Counted from the first letter of the stretch, positions 1 through 9,857 are shown. The stretch is DNA of 64,000 nt from Candidatus Margulisiibacteriota bacterium (GCA_041658645.1 JBAZZV010000006.1:19486-83485); one strand, 5' to 3'. Numbers and translations: made by a program. Notes: generated by a model from the sequence alone, not told the origin.

Positions 1-636
1 GCCCTCTTTCAGGCTTTTGACCGGCCGGTCGGGCCGCACCCGGGCGAAGAAGCAGACTTCGTCACTATAGATGTTGCCCAGGCCGACGATATTTTGCGGG
101 TCCATCAAAAAGACCTTGATCTTATTGTTGGGCTTTTTCTTCAATCTCTCTTTGAAGACGTTGAGCGTAAAACCGGCATCTAAAGGTTCGGGGCCCAGTT
201 TCATGGCCTCGAGCTTTTCTTTTAACTCCCCGCTCCGGTAAAGGCGCACCCAGCCGAACTTGCGGACATCGTTAAAATAAAGATGCGAGCCGTCGGTGAA
301 AGTGAAAGTCGCGTGGGTAAAGCGGTTGGGATCTTTTTCAAAGCCCTCTTTGATCGGGTGGCCGCCGACCACTTTTTTCTTTTGGCCGCTGTAGACCAGC
401 TGGCCGGTCAGCTTGAGATGGAACCAGAGCCGCCAGTCGTCCGTGAGGTCGATGATCAGCATTTTGGCCCGGCGCTCGATCGCTTTGATCCGCAGGCCAG
501 CAACTATTTTTTTATATGCCGGCAGCGGCCGGTTGATCATCTTTCTCCAGTCGGAATCAAAGCCGGCGATCTTTTTGCCGATGATGGTTTTGGCCAGGCC
601 CCTTTTGATCGTTTCTACTTCCGGGAGTTCAGGCAT
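1..636 (-). CDS. mutM: Formamidopyrimidine-DNA glycosylase (Fpg/MutM), N-terminal 212 codons; C-terminus lies beyond window start
   Basis: Minus-strand translation from ATG (revcomp 634-636) gives MPELPEVETIKRGL..., the canonical Fpg N-terminus with catalytic Pro2/Glu3; followed by H2TH-like region. Confidence 0.85.
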   Translation of the reverse strand, partial: MPELPEVETIKRGLAKTIIGKKIAGFDSDWRKMINRPLPAYKKIVAGLRIKAIERRAKMLIIDLTDDWRLWFHLKLTGQLVYSGQKKKVVGGHPIKEGFEKDPNRFTHATFTFTDGSHLYFNDVRKFGWVRLYRSGELKEKLEAMKLGPEPLDAGFTLNVFKERLKKKPNNKIKVFLMDPQNIVGLGNIYSDEVCFFARVRPDRPVKSLKEG

Positions 637-647
637 GATGAAAGACC

Positions 648-765
648 CAATGACTAATGTCTAATGAACTAATGACTAATTGTGGTTCGCTTCGCATTAT
701 GCATTTAATAAACATTATGTTTGGCGTTCCTTCATTCGGCATTCGTCATTAGTCATTCGTCATTA
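648..765. repeat. MITE-like element with imperfect inverted arms built from AATGAC(T/G)AATG / CATT(A/C)GTCATT units (repeat family 1)
   Basis: Left arm 648-682 caatgactaatgtctaatgaactaatgactaattg, right arm 732-765 tcattcggcattcgtcattagtcattcgtcatta; related single arms at 26873-26905 and 46744-46783. Confidence 0.6.
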
Positions 766-766
766 T

Positions 767-1807
767 CTAAAGGCTTTCTTTGTAGATCTCGATGACCAGG
801 TCGAAAATGGTCAGGATGAGCGGGCCGATCAGGATGCCGGCGATGCCGAACAACTGGATGCCGCCAAGGATCCCGAAGAGGATGATCAGCGGGTGGATCT
901 TGGCGTTGTCGCCGACGATCTTCGGCTTCAGGAAGTTATCGATCAAGCTGATGACAAAAGTACCGTATAATAAAAGTGTAACGGCCCGCCAGTATTCCCC
1001 GGTCGTCGTCCCGACGATCGCCAAATAGGCAACGATCGGCACCCAGACGATCGCCGCCCCCAGCAAGGGAATGATCGAGATGATGGCGGTCAGGAAACCC
1101 CAGAGGACAGGATTGGGGACCCCCAGGAGGAAAAAACCTAGCCAGGCCAGGATCCCCTGGATGATGCCAACGACGATCTGCCCCATGATCATGCCGCGGC
1201 TCAAGTCATCGAACCGGTTCAGGATCTGGCGGTAACGCCCCTCGGCCAGGGGGACGATCTCGCCAAAGAACTTATAGAGGTCCTTGCCGTGAGCGAGGAA
1301 ATAGTAGATCGAGAAGATCGTGATGAAAATGTTCAGGACAACGCTCGGGACGCCGCGCAGCAAGCTCTGCAATATACCGATCAGCTGGCCGGCCAGGTCG
1401 GTCGCCACCTCCTTGAACTGCGGCAGGTAACCCGACCATTGGGTAATGAACGGCGGCAGGTGCGACACGTTCATTTGCGGGTTTTGCAAAAAATTCTGCA
1501 GGAAAATATAACCGTCCCGCACCTCCTGGGTCAGGATCAGGCTGACGATCACGGTTGGGATCAAGACGATCAGGATGATCAGGCCGCAAGTTAAGAGCGA
1601 GGCGATCTTCTTGGCCGGCAGGCGGGCGGGAACCAGCGGCAATAATTTAATGTAGACCGGATAAAAGACGTAAGAGAGCGCGGCCGCCGAAAGGATGGCA
1701 ATGATAAATGGCCGGATGATCAGATAAGAGAGGAGCAACAGGATAACCACAAAAACTATTCCGGCCGTGCGGCGGTAGCTCTCCAAGCGTTCTTGTTCTT
1801 TTGTCAT
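767..1807 (-). CDS. AI-2E family transporter (PerM/UPF0118 permease)
   Basis: 346 aa, multiple TM helices, typical AI-2E layout with C-terminal GxxG-rich TM block. Confidence 0.75.
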   Translation of the reverse strand: MTKEQERLESYRRTAGIVFVVILLLLSYLIIRPFIIAILSAAALSYVFYPVYIKLLPLVPARLPAKKIASLLTCGLIILIVLIPTVIVSLILTQEVRDGYIFLQNFLQNPQMNVSHLPPFITQWSGYLPQFKEVATDLAGQLIGILQSLLRGVPSVVLNIFITIFSIYYFLAHGKDLYKFFGEIVPLAEGRYRQILNRFDDLSRGMIMGQIVVGIIQGILAWLGFFLLGVPNPVLWGFLTAIISIIPLLGAAIVWVPIVAYLAIVGTTTGEYWRAVTLLLYGTFVISLIDNFLKPKIVGDNAKIHPLIILFGILGGIQLFGIAGILIGPLILTIFDLVIEIYKESL

Positions 1808-1824
1808 ACGGGAATTATAGCAGA

Positions 1825-3831
1825 TTAAAGCTTTGGTGTAAGCTCGACCGGCAGGACGTAAAGGCTGACCCCCATCTTATATAACTGGCGCTGGACAGCG
1901 AACAAAGTATGGTTGTGCAGAAAGCGCGAGAGGAGCGAGCGGCGCGGGAAGTTGATCTGCCCGCCGAAGAAGGTCGCGTTCGGATAGCGCTCCAGGATCT
2001 GCGGCACCAGTTTTTCGATCTGTTCGCCGGTATCGATGCCAAAGATCGCCTCCCCTTCGGCATGGTAGCCGTGGCGCCGCATTAAATTAACGTAACGGCC
2101 CAGCTCGTACTTCACTTTTTTCTCGACCCGGTCGAGCTCTTCGGTCCCTTTGAACGCCCCGGCATCGATCAGACCAACCTGGACAAAGACAAAGTTATGG
2201 AAATCATCCAGGAAAGACGGAAAAATGTGAAAGAGCGTTTTCAATCCGACCGCCGTGTAATCCTTGACAAAGACGACCGCTGTTTTATTCCGCGCGTTGA
2301 ACGGCTCGTCTTTGCGGTTACGCACTGGGATCTCGCGCACCGGCTGGGTCGCCTCGACCTCTTCGACCAGTTTTTCCATTTTCTTGATCTGCCGGTCTGT
2401 CCCCTCGTAACTTCTTTTAATAATGAACATCAGCCCGACCAGCGTCCCGGTGATCAACAGGGTGATCCAGCCTCCCTCGAAGAATTTGACCACCACGACT
2501 GAAACCAGGATAAAACCGGTCAAAAGGAGACCGATCCCGTTGATCGCCAGTTTAGACCGCCATTTCATGACCGTCTTCCGCTCCGACCACCAGTGCTTGA
2601 CCATCCCCGACTGGGAAAGACAAAAAGTAATGAAAACATTAATACTATAAAGAACGACCAGGTAGCCGACCGACCCGTTGGTCACGACCATCAGGACCAG
2701 GGCCCCTATCCCCATGATCAAAATACCGTTGAGGGAGACCAGCCGGTCGGAAAGGAGCGCGAACCGTTTTGGCACCCAGCGGTCGGCCGCCATATTGGCC
2801 AGGACCCTCGGACCGTCAATAAATCCGGCCTGGGCGGCGACAAAAAGGATCGCCGCCTCCGAGACCAGGGTAACCATAATAAAAACGACCCCAAATATCC
2901 CCCAATTGCCGGCGACCCGCTCAAAGAGGACCGCGTTGATCGTTTTACCGGCCACCGGCTCGATCTGATAAAGAGCATAAGCGAACATCAAGCCCAGGAC
3001 GACCGACGCCAGTGAGATCACCATGTACTTCATCGTCTTCTTGGCCGTTTGCACCTTAGGTTCTTTCAGGATCGGTAAACCGTTACTGACCGCTTCAATG
3101 CCGGTATAGGTCCCCGCTCCCATACTGTAGGCGCGCAGCAACAGAAAGATCATCCCTAGGAAACCGAGCTCGGAGCTGGAACTGCGCACGTCGACCGCCG
3201 TCGCCCGGGCGACTTCCGGCAGATTAAGTAGGTGGGTGACCAGGGCATAGATAATGACGAAAGCGTGGGTCAAAACAAAGAGCATGAAGATCGGCATCAG
3301 CACCATGACCGACTCCTTGACCCCGCGCAGGTTAAGGATGATCAAGACGACCAGCGCGGCCAGGGCAACCGGGACCTTCCAGACCAGCCAATCAGGCGGG
3401 AGGAGACTGAAGAGCGCGTCGGCGCCGCTGGCGATCGAGAGGGTGATCGTCAGGATATAATCGATCAGCAGGGCGCAGCCGGAGATCATGCCGATCGCCG
3501 GGGAGAGAAGTTTGCTGGCGACGATATACCCGCCCCCGCCAGTCGGAAAAAGCTCGACGATCTGGGAATAGCTTTCCGCGATGATAAAGATGGTCAGGGC
3601 GGTCGCCAGGGCGACCAGTAGTCCAAGAAAGTGGTGTTTGCCGAGCGTGATAAAAGCTTCCGACGGGCCGTAGCAGGAAGATGAAAGACCATCCGCGCCC
3701 AGCCCAACCCAGGCAAAAAAGGCGATCAGGGAGAGGTGCTGAAAAACGGAACGGTCCAGCGGGTTACGCGCTTCGCCGATAAATATATTCTTCAATCTTC
3801 CCGGCAGGGAAGGCTGCTTAGCGGGTATCAT
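1825..3831 (-). CDS. APC-superfamily amino-acid permease with long C-terminal cytoplasmic domain
   Basis: 668 aa; N-terminal ~450 aa with 12 predicted TM and APC-type motifs; soluble ~200 aa C-terminal extension. Confidence 0.65.
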   Translation of the reverse strand: MIPAKQPSLPGRLKNIFIGEARNPLDRSVFQHLSLIAFFAWVGLGADGLSSSCYGPSEAFITLGKHHFLGLLVALATALTIFIIAESYSQIVELFPTGGGGYIVASKLLSPAIGMISGCALLIDYILTITLSIASGADALFSLLPPDWLVWKVPVALAALVVLIILNLRGVKESVMVLMPIFMLFVLTHAFVIIYALVTHLLNLPEVARATAVDVRSSSSELGFLGMIFLLLRAYSMGAGTYTGIEAVSNGLPILKEPKVQTAKKTMKYMVISLASVVLGLMFAYALYQIEPVAGKTINAVLFERVAGNWGIFGVVFIMVTLVSEAAILFVAAQAGFIDGPRVLANMAADRWVPKRFALLSDRLVSLNGILIMGIGALVLMVVTNGSVGYLVVLYSINVFITFCLSQSGMVKHWWSERKTVMKWRSKLAINGIGLLLTGFILVSVVVVKFFEGGWITLLITGTLVGLMFIIKRSYEGTDRQIKKMEKLVEEVEATQPVREIPVRNRKDEPFNARNKTAVVFVKDYTAVGLKTLFHIFPSFLDDFHNFVFVQVGLIDAGAFKGTEELDRVEKKVKYELGRYVNLMRRHGYHAEGEAIFGIDTGEQIEKLVPQILERYPNATFFGGQINFPRRSLLSRFLHNHTLFAVQRQLYKMGVSLYVLPVELTPKL

Positions 3832-3899
3832 GGCTGTTCAAGGCAAACATCATAGCACAAGTTGATTTCAGCGTAAAATAGTTATAAGATACCGCAATC

Positions 3900-5213
3900 A
3901 TGTTCAAGATCAGGCCGAGTTTGATCATCGTTATCAGCTTTTTGCTGGTCATTCTGACCGGCGCCATCCTCCTTTCTCTGCCGCTCGCTTCCTCGCAAGG
4001 GACAACGACCAATTTCCTGGACGCTTACTTCACGGCCAATTCCGCCACCTGCGTGACTGGACTGGTCACGCTCGACACCGGGACCCATTTTTCACTCTTC
4101 GGCAAGATCATTTTGATCCTCCTGATGCAGATCGGCGGCCTCGGTTACATGACCTTTTCGACCTTCATGGTCCTCGTCTTCCGCCACAAACTGTTCATCT
4201 CCCAGAAGCTCGTTATCCAGGAAGCGCTCAACGTCTATTCCAGCCGCGACGTCATCAATGTCCTGCGGCGGATCTTTGGCATCGTCTTTTTCTTTGAGGG
4301 GGTCGGCGCCCTGATCCTCGCCCTCCGCTGGTGGCCGGAGTTCGGCTTACCCAAAGCGATCTTCTGGGGAGTCTTTCACTCGGTCTCGGCCTTTAACAAT
4401 GCCGGTTTCGCCCTGCCGGCTAAATTTGCCAATCTTATCCCTTACGCCACCGATTGGGTCATCAACCTGACAGTTACCACCCTGATCATTTTCGGCGGGC
4501 TCGGCTTTATCGTCATTGCCGATATCCTCCAGCACAAACGCTTTTCCCTCCACTCCAAAGTGGTCATCTTCACCACCCTCTGCCTGCTCATCGGCGGAAC
4601 GATCTTTATCTTCGCCCTGGAACATAACAACCCCAAAACGATCGGGGGAATGAGCCTCCCCCACCAGGCGCTTGCCTCATATTTCCAGGCGGTCACCCCG
4701 CGGACCGCCGGCTTCAACACTATCGATTACGGCAAGATCGTCCCGGCCACCGCCCTCTTCTCGATGTTCCTGATGTTCATCGGGGCAAGCCCCGGCGGCA
4801 CCGGCGGCGGCGTCAAGACCACGACCTTCGCCCTCATCATCATGACGATCGGCGCCACCCTGCGCGGGGCCAAAAACACCATCATGTTCGACCGGCGCGT
4901 GCCGGCCGAAACGGTCCGCCGCGCCTTTGCCATCACCTCCCTCGCCCTGGCCCTCGTCGCGATCGCCGTCTTCGCCCTGAACCAATCGGAAACATTTGGC
5001 CTGACCGAGGTCGCCTTTGAGACTTTTTCCGCTTTCGGCACCGTCGGGCTCTCCATGGGGATCACCCCCTTCTTGAGTTCTCTCGGAAAAATCATCATAA
5101 TAACCGTCATGTTCATCGGGCGGGTCGGCCCGCTGACCCTGATGCTCGCCCTGGCCATGGAACAAAAAGAACCAAAGATCGAAGTTCCGAAGGAGGGAAT
5201 ATCAATCGGATGA
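3900..5213 (+). CDS. ktrB: Ktr/Trk system potassium uptake membrane subunit (KtrB/TrkH family)
   Basis: 437 aa; four MPM repeats with selectivity-filter-like glycine motifs (e.g. GLGY, ATGGGVKTTT). Confidence 0.85.
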   Translation: MFKIRPSLIIVISFLLVILTGAILLSLPLASSQGTTTNFLDAYFTANSATCVTGLVTLDTGTHFSLFGKIILILLMQIGGLGYMTFSTFMVLVFRHKLFISQKLVIQEALNVYSSRDVINVLRRIFGIVFFFEGVGALILALRWWPEFGLPKAIFWGVFHSVSAFNNAGFALPAKFANLIPYATDWVINLTVTTLIIFGGLGFIVIADILQHKRFSLHSKVVIFTTLCLLIGGTIFIFALEHNNPKTIGGMSLPHQALASYFQAVTPRTAGFNTIDYGKIVPATALFSMFLMFIGASPGGTGGGVKTTTFALIIMTIGATLRGAKNTIMFDRRVPAETVRRAFAITSLALALVAIAVFALNQSETFGLTEVAFETFSAFGTVGLSMGITPFLSSLGKIIIITVMFIGRVGPLTLMLALAMEQKEPKIEVPKEGISIG

Positions 5214-5875
5214 AAAAACAATTTGCGGTGCTAGGGATCGGTCGTTTCGGCAGTAAGATCGCCCGGGAGTTATTTTACAAAGGGCAGGAAGTCGTGGCTA
5301 TAGATAAAGACGAGAAGGTGATCGACGACATCAAGGACGAGGTGACCCACGCCTATGTCGGCGACATTACCGATTCGGACGCGCTGAAAGAGGCCGGCGT
5401 AGCCGACTGCGACACGGTCATCATCGCCGAATCCTCGAACATGGAGAGCAATATCATCGCCGCCCAGATCTGCAAGGAGCTGGGGGTCGCCCAGGTGATC
5501 TGCAAAGCGCAGAACACCCTGCACGGCAAGATCCTAGGAAAACTAAGCGTCGACCAGATCGTCTACCCGGAACAGGACACCGCCATCAAGCTGGTCAATA
5601 AGCTGACCAGCCAGGGGGTGCTGGACTATTTTGATATCGGGGAGAATCTAACTATAGTCGGGGCCAAAGCACAGACCGAATGGGTCGGCCGGAAACTCTC
5701 CGACCTTGACCTGCGCAACAAGTTCAACATCACGGTCCTGGCGCTCCGGCGCGGCGGGGAGAATATCGTTATCCCGGCTTGGAGCACGGTCATAGAAAAA
5801 GAGGATACGATCGTCTTCTTCGGCCGCGAGGATTCGCTCAAGAAGATGAACCTCGACATCACCCACCGGACCTAG
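5210..5875 (+). CDS. ktrA: Ktr/Trk system NAD-binding regulatory subunit (KtrA/TrkA)
   Basis: 221 aa; GxGxxG Rossmann motif (GIGRFG), RCK_N and RCK_C domains; 4-nt overlap with ktrB. Confidence 0.85.
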   Translation: MKKQFAVLGIGRFGSKIARELFYKGQEVVAIDKDEKVIDDIKDEVTHAYVGDITDSDALKEAGVADCDTVIIAESSNMESNIIAAQICKELGVAQVICKAQNTLHGKILGKLSVDQIVYPEQDTAIKLVNKLTSQGVLDYFDIGENLTIVGAKAQTEWVGRKLSDLDLRNKFNITVLALRRGGENIVIPAWSTVIEKEDTIVFFGREDSLKKMNLDITHRT

Positions 5876-6537
5876 GCCAGGCGGTCACCGCATTCGCCGC
5901 AGAACCGGGTCCCGGCCGGACTTTCCGCGCCGCATTTGGCGCACTTGACCAGGCCGAGCGGCGAGCCGCAATTGGCGCAAAACTTCCCCTCACCCGCCGG
6001 CTTGCCGCATTTGGGGCAGAGAGTCTGCTTGCTCTTGATCTCTCCCTTGAAAACGGTCGTCGCGTCGGCGGCCGCTTCGATATCCTTGACCATCTTCTTC
6101 GCCTTGGCCGCGGCAACCTCGATCGCCTGGCGCGGGGCATCGTCTACGCAGAGCCCTTCCTGCTCGTTCCAGTCAGTCGGACAGACCCATTTCTTGCACT
6201 TGGGGCAGCGGTGGAAATGCTCTTTGGCCTCGTTTTGCGCCCGCTCGAAAGCTTCGTCGTGCTCCTTCTGCCATTCCGGCGACATCCCGTTGAACCGCTG
6301 GGTCAACAAGTCCGCGCCGCGCTCGATGTTGGAACCGATATTGTATTTCCCCATCATCGACGCCGCCATCGAAACCCCAGCCGCCAGCCCTTTGAAGAAA
6401 CCAGCTTTCTTGGCAGTCTTTGATTCCACAAATTTAGTCTTATACCCTTCCCGGCAAAGATCGCAGTAAAAGGTGAACTGGAAGCCGGCCTCGGTCGAAT
6501 TGTCCTGCATGTTATCGGTAAAAGATTGGAGCGCCAT
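5872..6537 (-). CDS. Zinc-ribbon protein with multiple CxxC pairs, C-terminal double zinc ribbon
   Basis: 221 aa; CDLC, CPKC...C, CPKCG...CANCG...CAKCG...CGECG motifs. Confidence 0.6.
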   Translation of the reverse strand: MALQSFTDNMQDNSTEAGFQFTFYCDLCREGYKTKFVESKTAKKAGFFKGLAAGVSMAASMMGKYNIGSNIERGADLLTQRFNGMSPEWQKEHDEAFERAQNEAKEHFHRCPKCKKWVCPTDWNEQEGLCVDDAPRQAIEVAAAKAKKMVKDIEAAADATTVFKGEIKSKQTLCPKCGKPAGEGKFCANCGSPLGLVKCAKCGAESPAGTRFCGECGDRLA

Positions 6538-6539
6538 CG

Positions 6540-6872
6540 TTATTTACCTCCCTGGAGCGGTTGCCCGCATTTCACGCAATTGTCGCCGAGCGGCGGTTGT
6601 TCCGTCCGGCATTTCGCGCAGACCACGGTCAACCGGGCGCCGCATTTATCACAGTAGTCACCAAAGAAAGTCGGCTGGGCGCATTTCGGGCAGGCCGTTT
6701 CCAGCTTCAGTCCGCATCCTTCGCAGTTTTTCCAGTTTGGCTTGACCGGGTTGAGGCATTTCGGGCAGCGGGGAGAACCGGCCGGATTGACCTTGCCGCA
6801 GAGCGGGCAGACCTTGGCGTCGGACGAGACCAATTCGTGGCAGTAGCGACAGGGGACTTTATAACCAACCAT
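6540..6872 (-). CDS. Double-zinc-ribbon protein
   Basis: 110 aa with ~8 CxxC pairs (CRYC, CPLCG, CPKC, CEGCG, CPKC, CDKCG, CAKC, CVKCG); translationally coupled to neighbours. Confidence 0.6.
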   Translation of the reverse strand: MVGYKVPCRYCHELVSSDAKVCPLCGKVNPAGSPRCPKCLNPVKPNWKNCEGCGLKLETACPKCAQPTFFGDYCDKCGARLTVVCAKCRTEQPPLGDNCVKCGQPLQGGK

Positions 6873-8041
6873 CAGGAACCCTCCTTCTTGGTTTCGATCT
6901 GGAGCAATTCTACCACACTATTTTTCCATTGTTCCGCGTCGGAGTGGATGGCGCGGCCGAGAAAGCGCTCGCGCAACAATTTTAAGCCCGGCAAACGGGC
7001 GACCGAGAACTTATAGCGCTGGTACTGCGGCTCCTCCAGCTTTTCGGCCGGCAGATAGACCGGTTCGCGGCGGAAATTTATTTCGCAAAGCGCCCGGTTA
7101 AACTGCGGCAGGTCATCCGTTCCGGTCAGGCGAAAAAAGTAGGTCGCCCGCCCCTCGGCTTCCCCCTCTTCAGGGGCCAAAGAGACCGCTTCCAAAGCAA
7201 CCGCCCTTTGCTTAGGCAAAGGGATCAGCGCCCAGAGGTAGTCGGCCTCGCCGCCGCCACCCAGTCCGCGCTTGAGGCCGAAGAGGACCTTTTCCCGGTC
7301 CGCCAGGGAGAAGAGATACTTGATATCCCCTTTATCCACGGCGGCGGTCAAACGCTGTTCTAAAACGGACCAGAGTCCGGGTGCTAATTTTTCCACGTCG
7401 CTCTTCGCGGCCGCCCGACCCTCGCGGAAATATTCCGCCAGCTTTAAGGTCGTTTCGGTACTCAAGCCGGGTGACAACGCTTTGAGGAGGGCCTGCGCCC
7501 GCAGGCTAAGTTCAGCCAGGGCGGTTTGCAGTTCGCGGGAGAAAGGTTCGAGCCAGCTTCCCATCAGTGCAAAAACATACTGTTGGCTAGCCGTCTTGAC
7601 GGTCAAACGGTAGTCGGCCTGGCTATTGGCAATAATATCCGCCAGCGGAACGCGGATCAGCTCCGCTTTATCGGGCATGATGACCAGGGCGGTCTCGTAG
7701 AGCCGGAGCTCGCACGGCACGCCGGCCAGGTCCGCCTTGACGTCGCCCAGCCTGATCTTTTCCTTGATCAACAGATCCTGGATGATGAGCTCGTTCCGCT
7801 GTTTTGCCAAGGAACGGAGGAAGTCTTCGTAGTCATGGCCGAGCTGGTCCAAAGCGAGCTTTTCGCCGGAAAACATGACGAGGGAAACACGATAGCCGGC
7901 GCCGGAGAGTTCGATAATATCGCGCAGGCCGAAATAAAGAGCGCTCCCCTTCGCCGGCAGGAGCGACAATCCCTGCTCATCCAGAGTGAGCCGGCATTCG
8001 CCGCGCTCCCCTTTAAATTCGTAACTCCCCTTAAAGCCCAC
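6872..8041 (-). CDS. Hypothetical protein, first gene of the three-gene Zn-ribbon operon
   Basis: 389-aa ORF, no recognisable domain; stop/start abutment with downstream Zn-ribbon gene. Confidence 0.5.
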   Translation of the reverse strand: MGFKGSYEFKGERGECRLTLDEQGLSLLPAKGSALYFGLRDIIELSGAGYRVSLVMFSGEKLALDQLGHDYEDFLRSLAKQRNELIIQDLLIKEKIRLGDVKADLAGVPCELRLYETALVIMPDKAELIRVPLADIIANSQADYRLTVKTASQQYVFALMGSWLEPFSRELQTALAELSLRAQALLKALSPGLSTETTLKLAEYFREGRAAAKSDVEKLAPGLWSVLEQRLTAAVDKGDIKYLFSLADREKVLFGLKRGLGGGGEADYLWALIPLPKQRAVALEAVSLAPEEGEAEGRATYFFRLTGTDDLPQFNRALCEINFRREPVYLPAEKLEEPQYQRYKFSVARLPGLKLLRERFLGRAIHSDAEQWKNSVVELLQIETKKEGS

Positions 8042-8049
8042 TCGGCAGT

Positions 8050-8556
8050 TTAGAAGCTAAGGCTCTGGCTGACCGAGCCGGTCGCGTAAGCGTTATAGGA
8101 TGAAGTCGTTATATTCGTATGGTTCAGATCGGGCATCATGACCCGATATTCCACGCCGGCCGAGAAACCGTTCAATTCAAACTTGATACCGGCTTCACCC
8201 TGGCCGCCGGAAGTTTGGGTCGAAGCGCCGCCAACCGTGGTCGTATTGTAGCTGACCCCGGCCCCAACATAAGGGCGGATCAGCCCGGCGATCGTCTGGC
8301 TATATATCAAGTCGACGGAGACCGGCATATAGGTAACATCGATCCCGCTCGCCTTGTAGGTAGTCGTCTCCACCATCCCCCGGAGCGCCAGGTTTGGAGT
8401 AATGGCATAATCAGCCGACGCGCCCAGCATGACCGAAGCGCTGTCGGCGCCGGAACCGTTATACATACCGGCCCGGCCTGATAAATTTATTGTACCGGCC
8501 AGAACAGGGGCCACCGTTAAACAAACCAGGGACAAAACAAGCGCAAACTTTTTCAT
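8050..8556 (-). CDS. Outer-membrane β-barrel protein (OmpW/OmpA-like) with signal peptide
   Basis: Start MKKFALVLSLVCLTVAPVLAG, preceded by GGAGGTG RBS; alternating amphipathic strands; C-terminal ...SLSF. Confidence 0.7.
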   Translation of the reverse strand: MKKFALVLSLVCLTVAPVLAGTINLSGRAGMYNGSGADSASVMLGASADYAITPNLALRGMVETTTYKASGIDVTYMPVSVDLIYSQTIAGLIRPYVGAGVSYNTTTVGGASTQTSGGQGEAGIKFELNGFSAGVEYRVMMPDLNHTNITTSSYNAYATGSVSQSLSF

Positions 8557-8602
8557 AGGAGCACCTCCGGATAAATAATACCATATGATATACTTGATTG
8601 CG

Positions 8603-9253
8603 ATGAAAAAAATCCCCATCGACCTGATATTTTTCGATCTCGACGGGACACTGACCGACTCGATCCCGCCGGCGATCACCGCTATTCAGAAGATGATGCG
8701 CGAGCTCGGTTATCCGGCCAAATCCGCCGCCGAGATCCACCGTTTCGTCGGTTTCGGCGAGTTCCCGCTGATCACCGGTTCGATCGGCACTGAAGAGCCG
8801 GAGAAAGTTTCTGCCGCTATGCGCCTTTACGAAAAATATTACCAGGAAGAGGGACTGCTCCAAGTCCCGCTCTACCCTCACGTCAAGGAGATGCTCGAAC
8901 ACTTTAAAAGCAAAACGAAAGTGATCATTTCTAACAAAAAAAGCTCTTTCATCCACATCCTCCTCCGGAACCTCCGGATCGATCATTATTTCAAAGAGGT
9001 CCTCGGCGGCGACAATTCCCCCTGTCTCAAGCCCGACCCGTGTGCCATCCTGGAGCTGTTGAAAAAATACGGCGTTCCCAAAGAACGAGCGGTCCTCATC
9101 GGCGACATGACGGTCGATATCGAGACCGGCCGGAACGCCGGCATCCAGACTTGCGGCGTCACTTATGGTTTTGACGGGCCAGAAAAGCTGGCCGCGACCA
9201 AACCGGACCTCCTGCTCGACGATCTAATGAAGCTGACGGGGTCGATCGAATAA
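8603..9253 (+). CDS. HAD-superfamily hydrolase (phosphoglycolate phosphatase-like)
   Basis: FFDLDGTLTDS motif I, ...SNK motif, GDxxxD motif IV; alternative upstream ATG at 8585. Confidence 0.75.
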   Translation: MKKIPIDLIFFDLDGTLTDSIPPAITAIQKMMRELGYPAKSAAEIHRFVGFGEFPLITGSIGTEEPEKVSAAMRLYEKYYQEEGLLQVPLYPHVKEMLEHFKSKTKVIISNKKSSFIHILLRNLRIDHYFKEVLGGDNSPCLKPDPCAILELLKKYGVPKERAVLIGDMTVDIETGRNAGIQTCGVTYGFDGPEKLAATKPDLLLDDLMKLTGSIE

Positions 9254-9840
9254 TGAAGATCACTACGCTCAAAGTCGGCTCGATCCGGACCAACTGTTAT
9301 ATCGTAGAAGATGAAGCGACGAAAAAAGCTCTGGTCATCGATGCCGGGGCGGAGCCGGAGCGGATCCTTGGCTTGCTCCAGAAAAACGGGTTAAAGCTCG
9401 AGTTGATCATCGCCACTCACGGCCACTTTGACCACCTGGAGGGGGTTCGCCGGCTCAAGGAAAAAACCGGCGCCCGTTTCCTGATGCACCAGGCCGATCT
9501 GTTCGGCTTGAAAACGACCGACGCCCCCCAACCGGACGGCTTCCTGGCTGATTCAAATACTTTTGAAGTTGGAGGTTTGAGGTTTGAAGTTCTTCACACG
9601 CCTGGCCACAGCCCCGGAGGGATCAGCCTGTATAATGAAAAAGAGCAAGTCCTGTTCAGCGGCGATACTTTATTCCAGGGGACCTACGGCCGGGTCGACC
9701 TCCCCTTTTCGGATGAAGGAAAAATGATCAATTCGCTCCAACGTCTGCTTAAATTACCTCCGGAAACGGTCGTCTACCCCGGCCACGGGAACGCCACGAC
9801 GATCGGGGCCGAACGGAACGTAATTAAGACCGCCTGGTAA
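9253..9840 (+). CDS. MBL-fold metallo-hydrolase (glyoxalase-II/YcbL-like)
   Basis: HGHFDH motif, FEVLHTPGHSPG, downstream D and H ligands. Confidence 0.8.
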   Translation: MKITTLKVGSIRTNCYIVEDEATKKALVIDAGAEPERILGLLQKNGLKLELIIATHGHFDHLEGVRRLKEKTGARFLMHQADLFGLKTTDAPQPDGFLADSNTFEVGGLRFEVLHTPGHSPGGISLYNEKEQVLFSGDTLFQGTYGRVDLPFSDEGKMINSLQRLLKLPPETVVYPGHGNATTIGAERNVIKTAW

Positions 9841-9857
9841 TGTGATATAATTTCCTC

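Noticed and set aside
283-664. Plus-strand ORFs 283..657 and 413..664
   Set aside because: They lie antisense within the well-supported mutM gene (Fpg N-terminus MPELPEVE on minus strand) and are spurious shadow ORFs.
1272-1594. ORFs 1272..1589(-) and 1289..1594(+) inside the AI-2E transporter gene
   Set aside because: These overlapping alternative-frame ORFs in a high-GC region have Arg/Pro/Asp-rich low-complexity translations typical of non-coding frames.
4347-5221. Several minus-strand ORFs (up to 164 aa) within ktrB
   Set aside because: They overlap the strongly supported KtrB coding sequence and have GC-rich shadow-frame composition.
9547-9590. Segment in the MBL hydrolase gene resembling the family-2 repeat arm (tttgaagttggaggtttgaggtttgaagttcttcac)
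   Set aside because: It encodes the conserved MBL motif ...GGLRFEVLHTPGHSPG, so it is most likely native coding sequence whose similarity to the repeat is coincidental or secondary. Kept only as a note.
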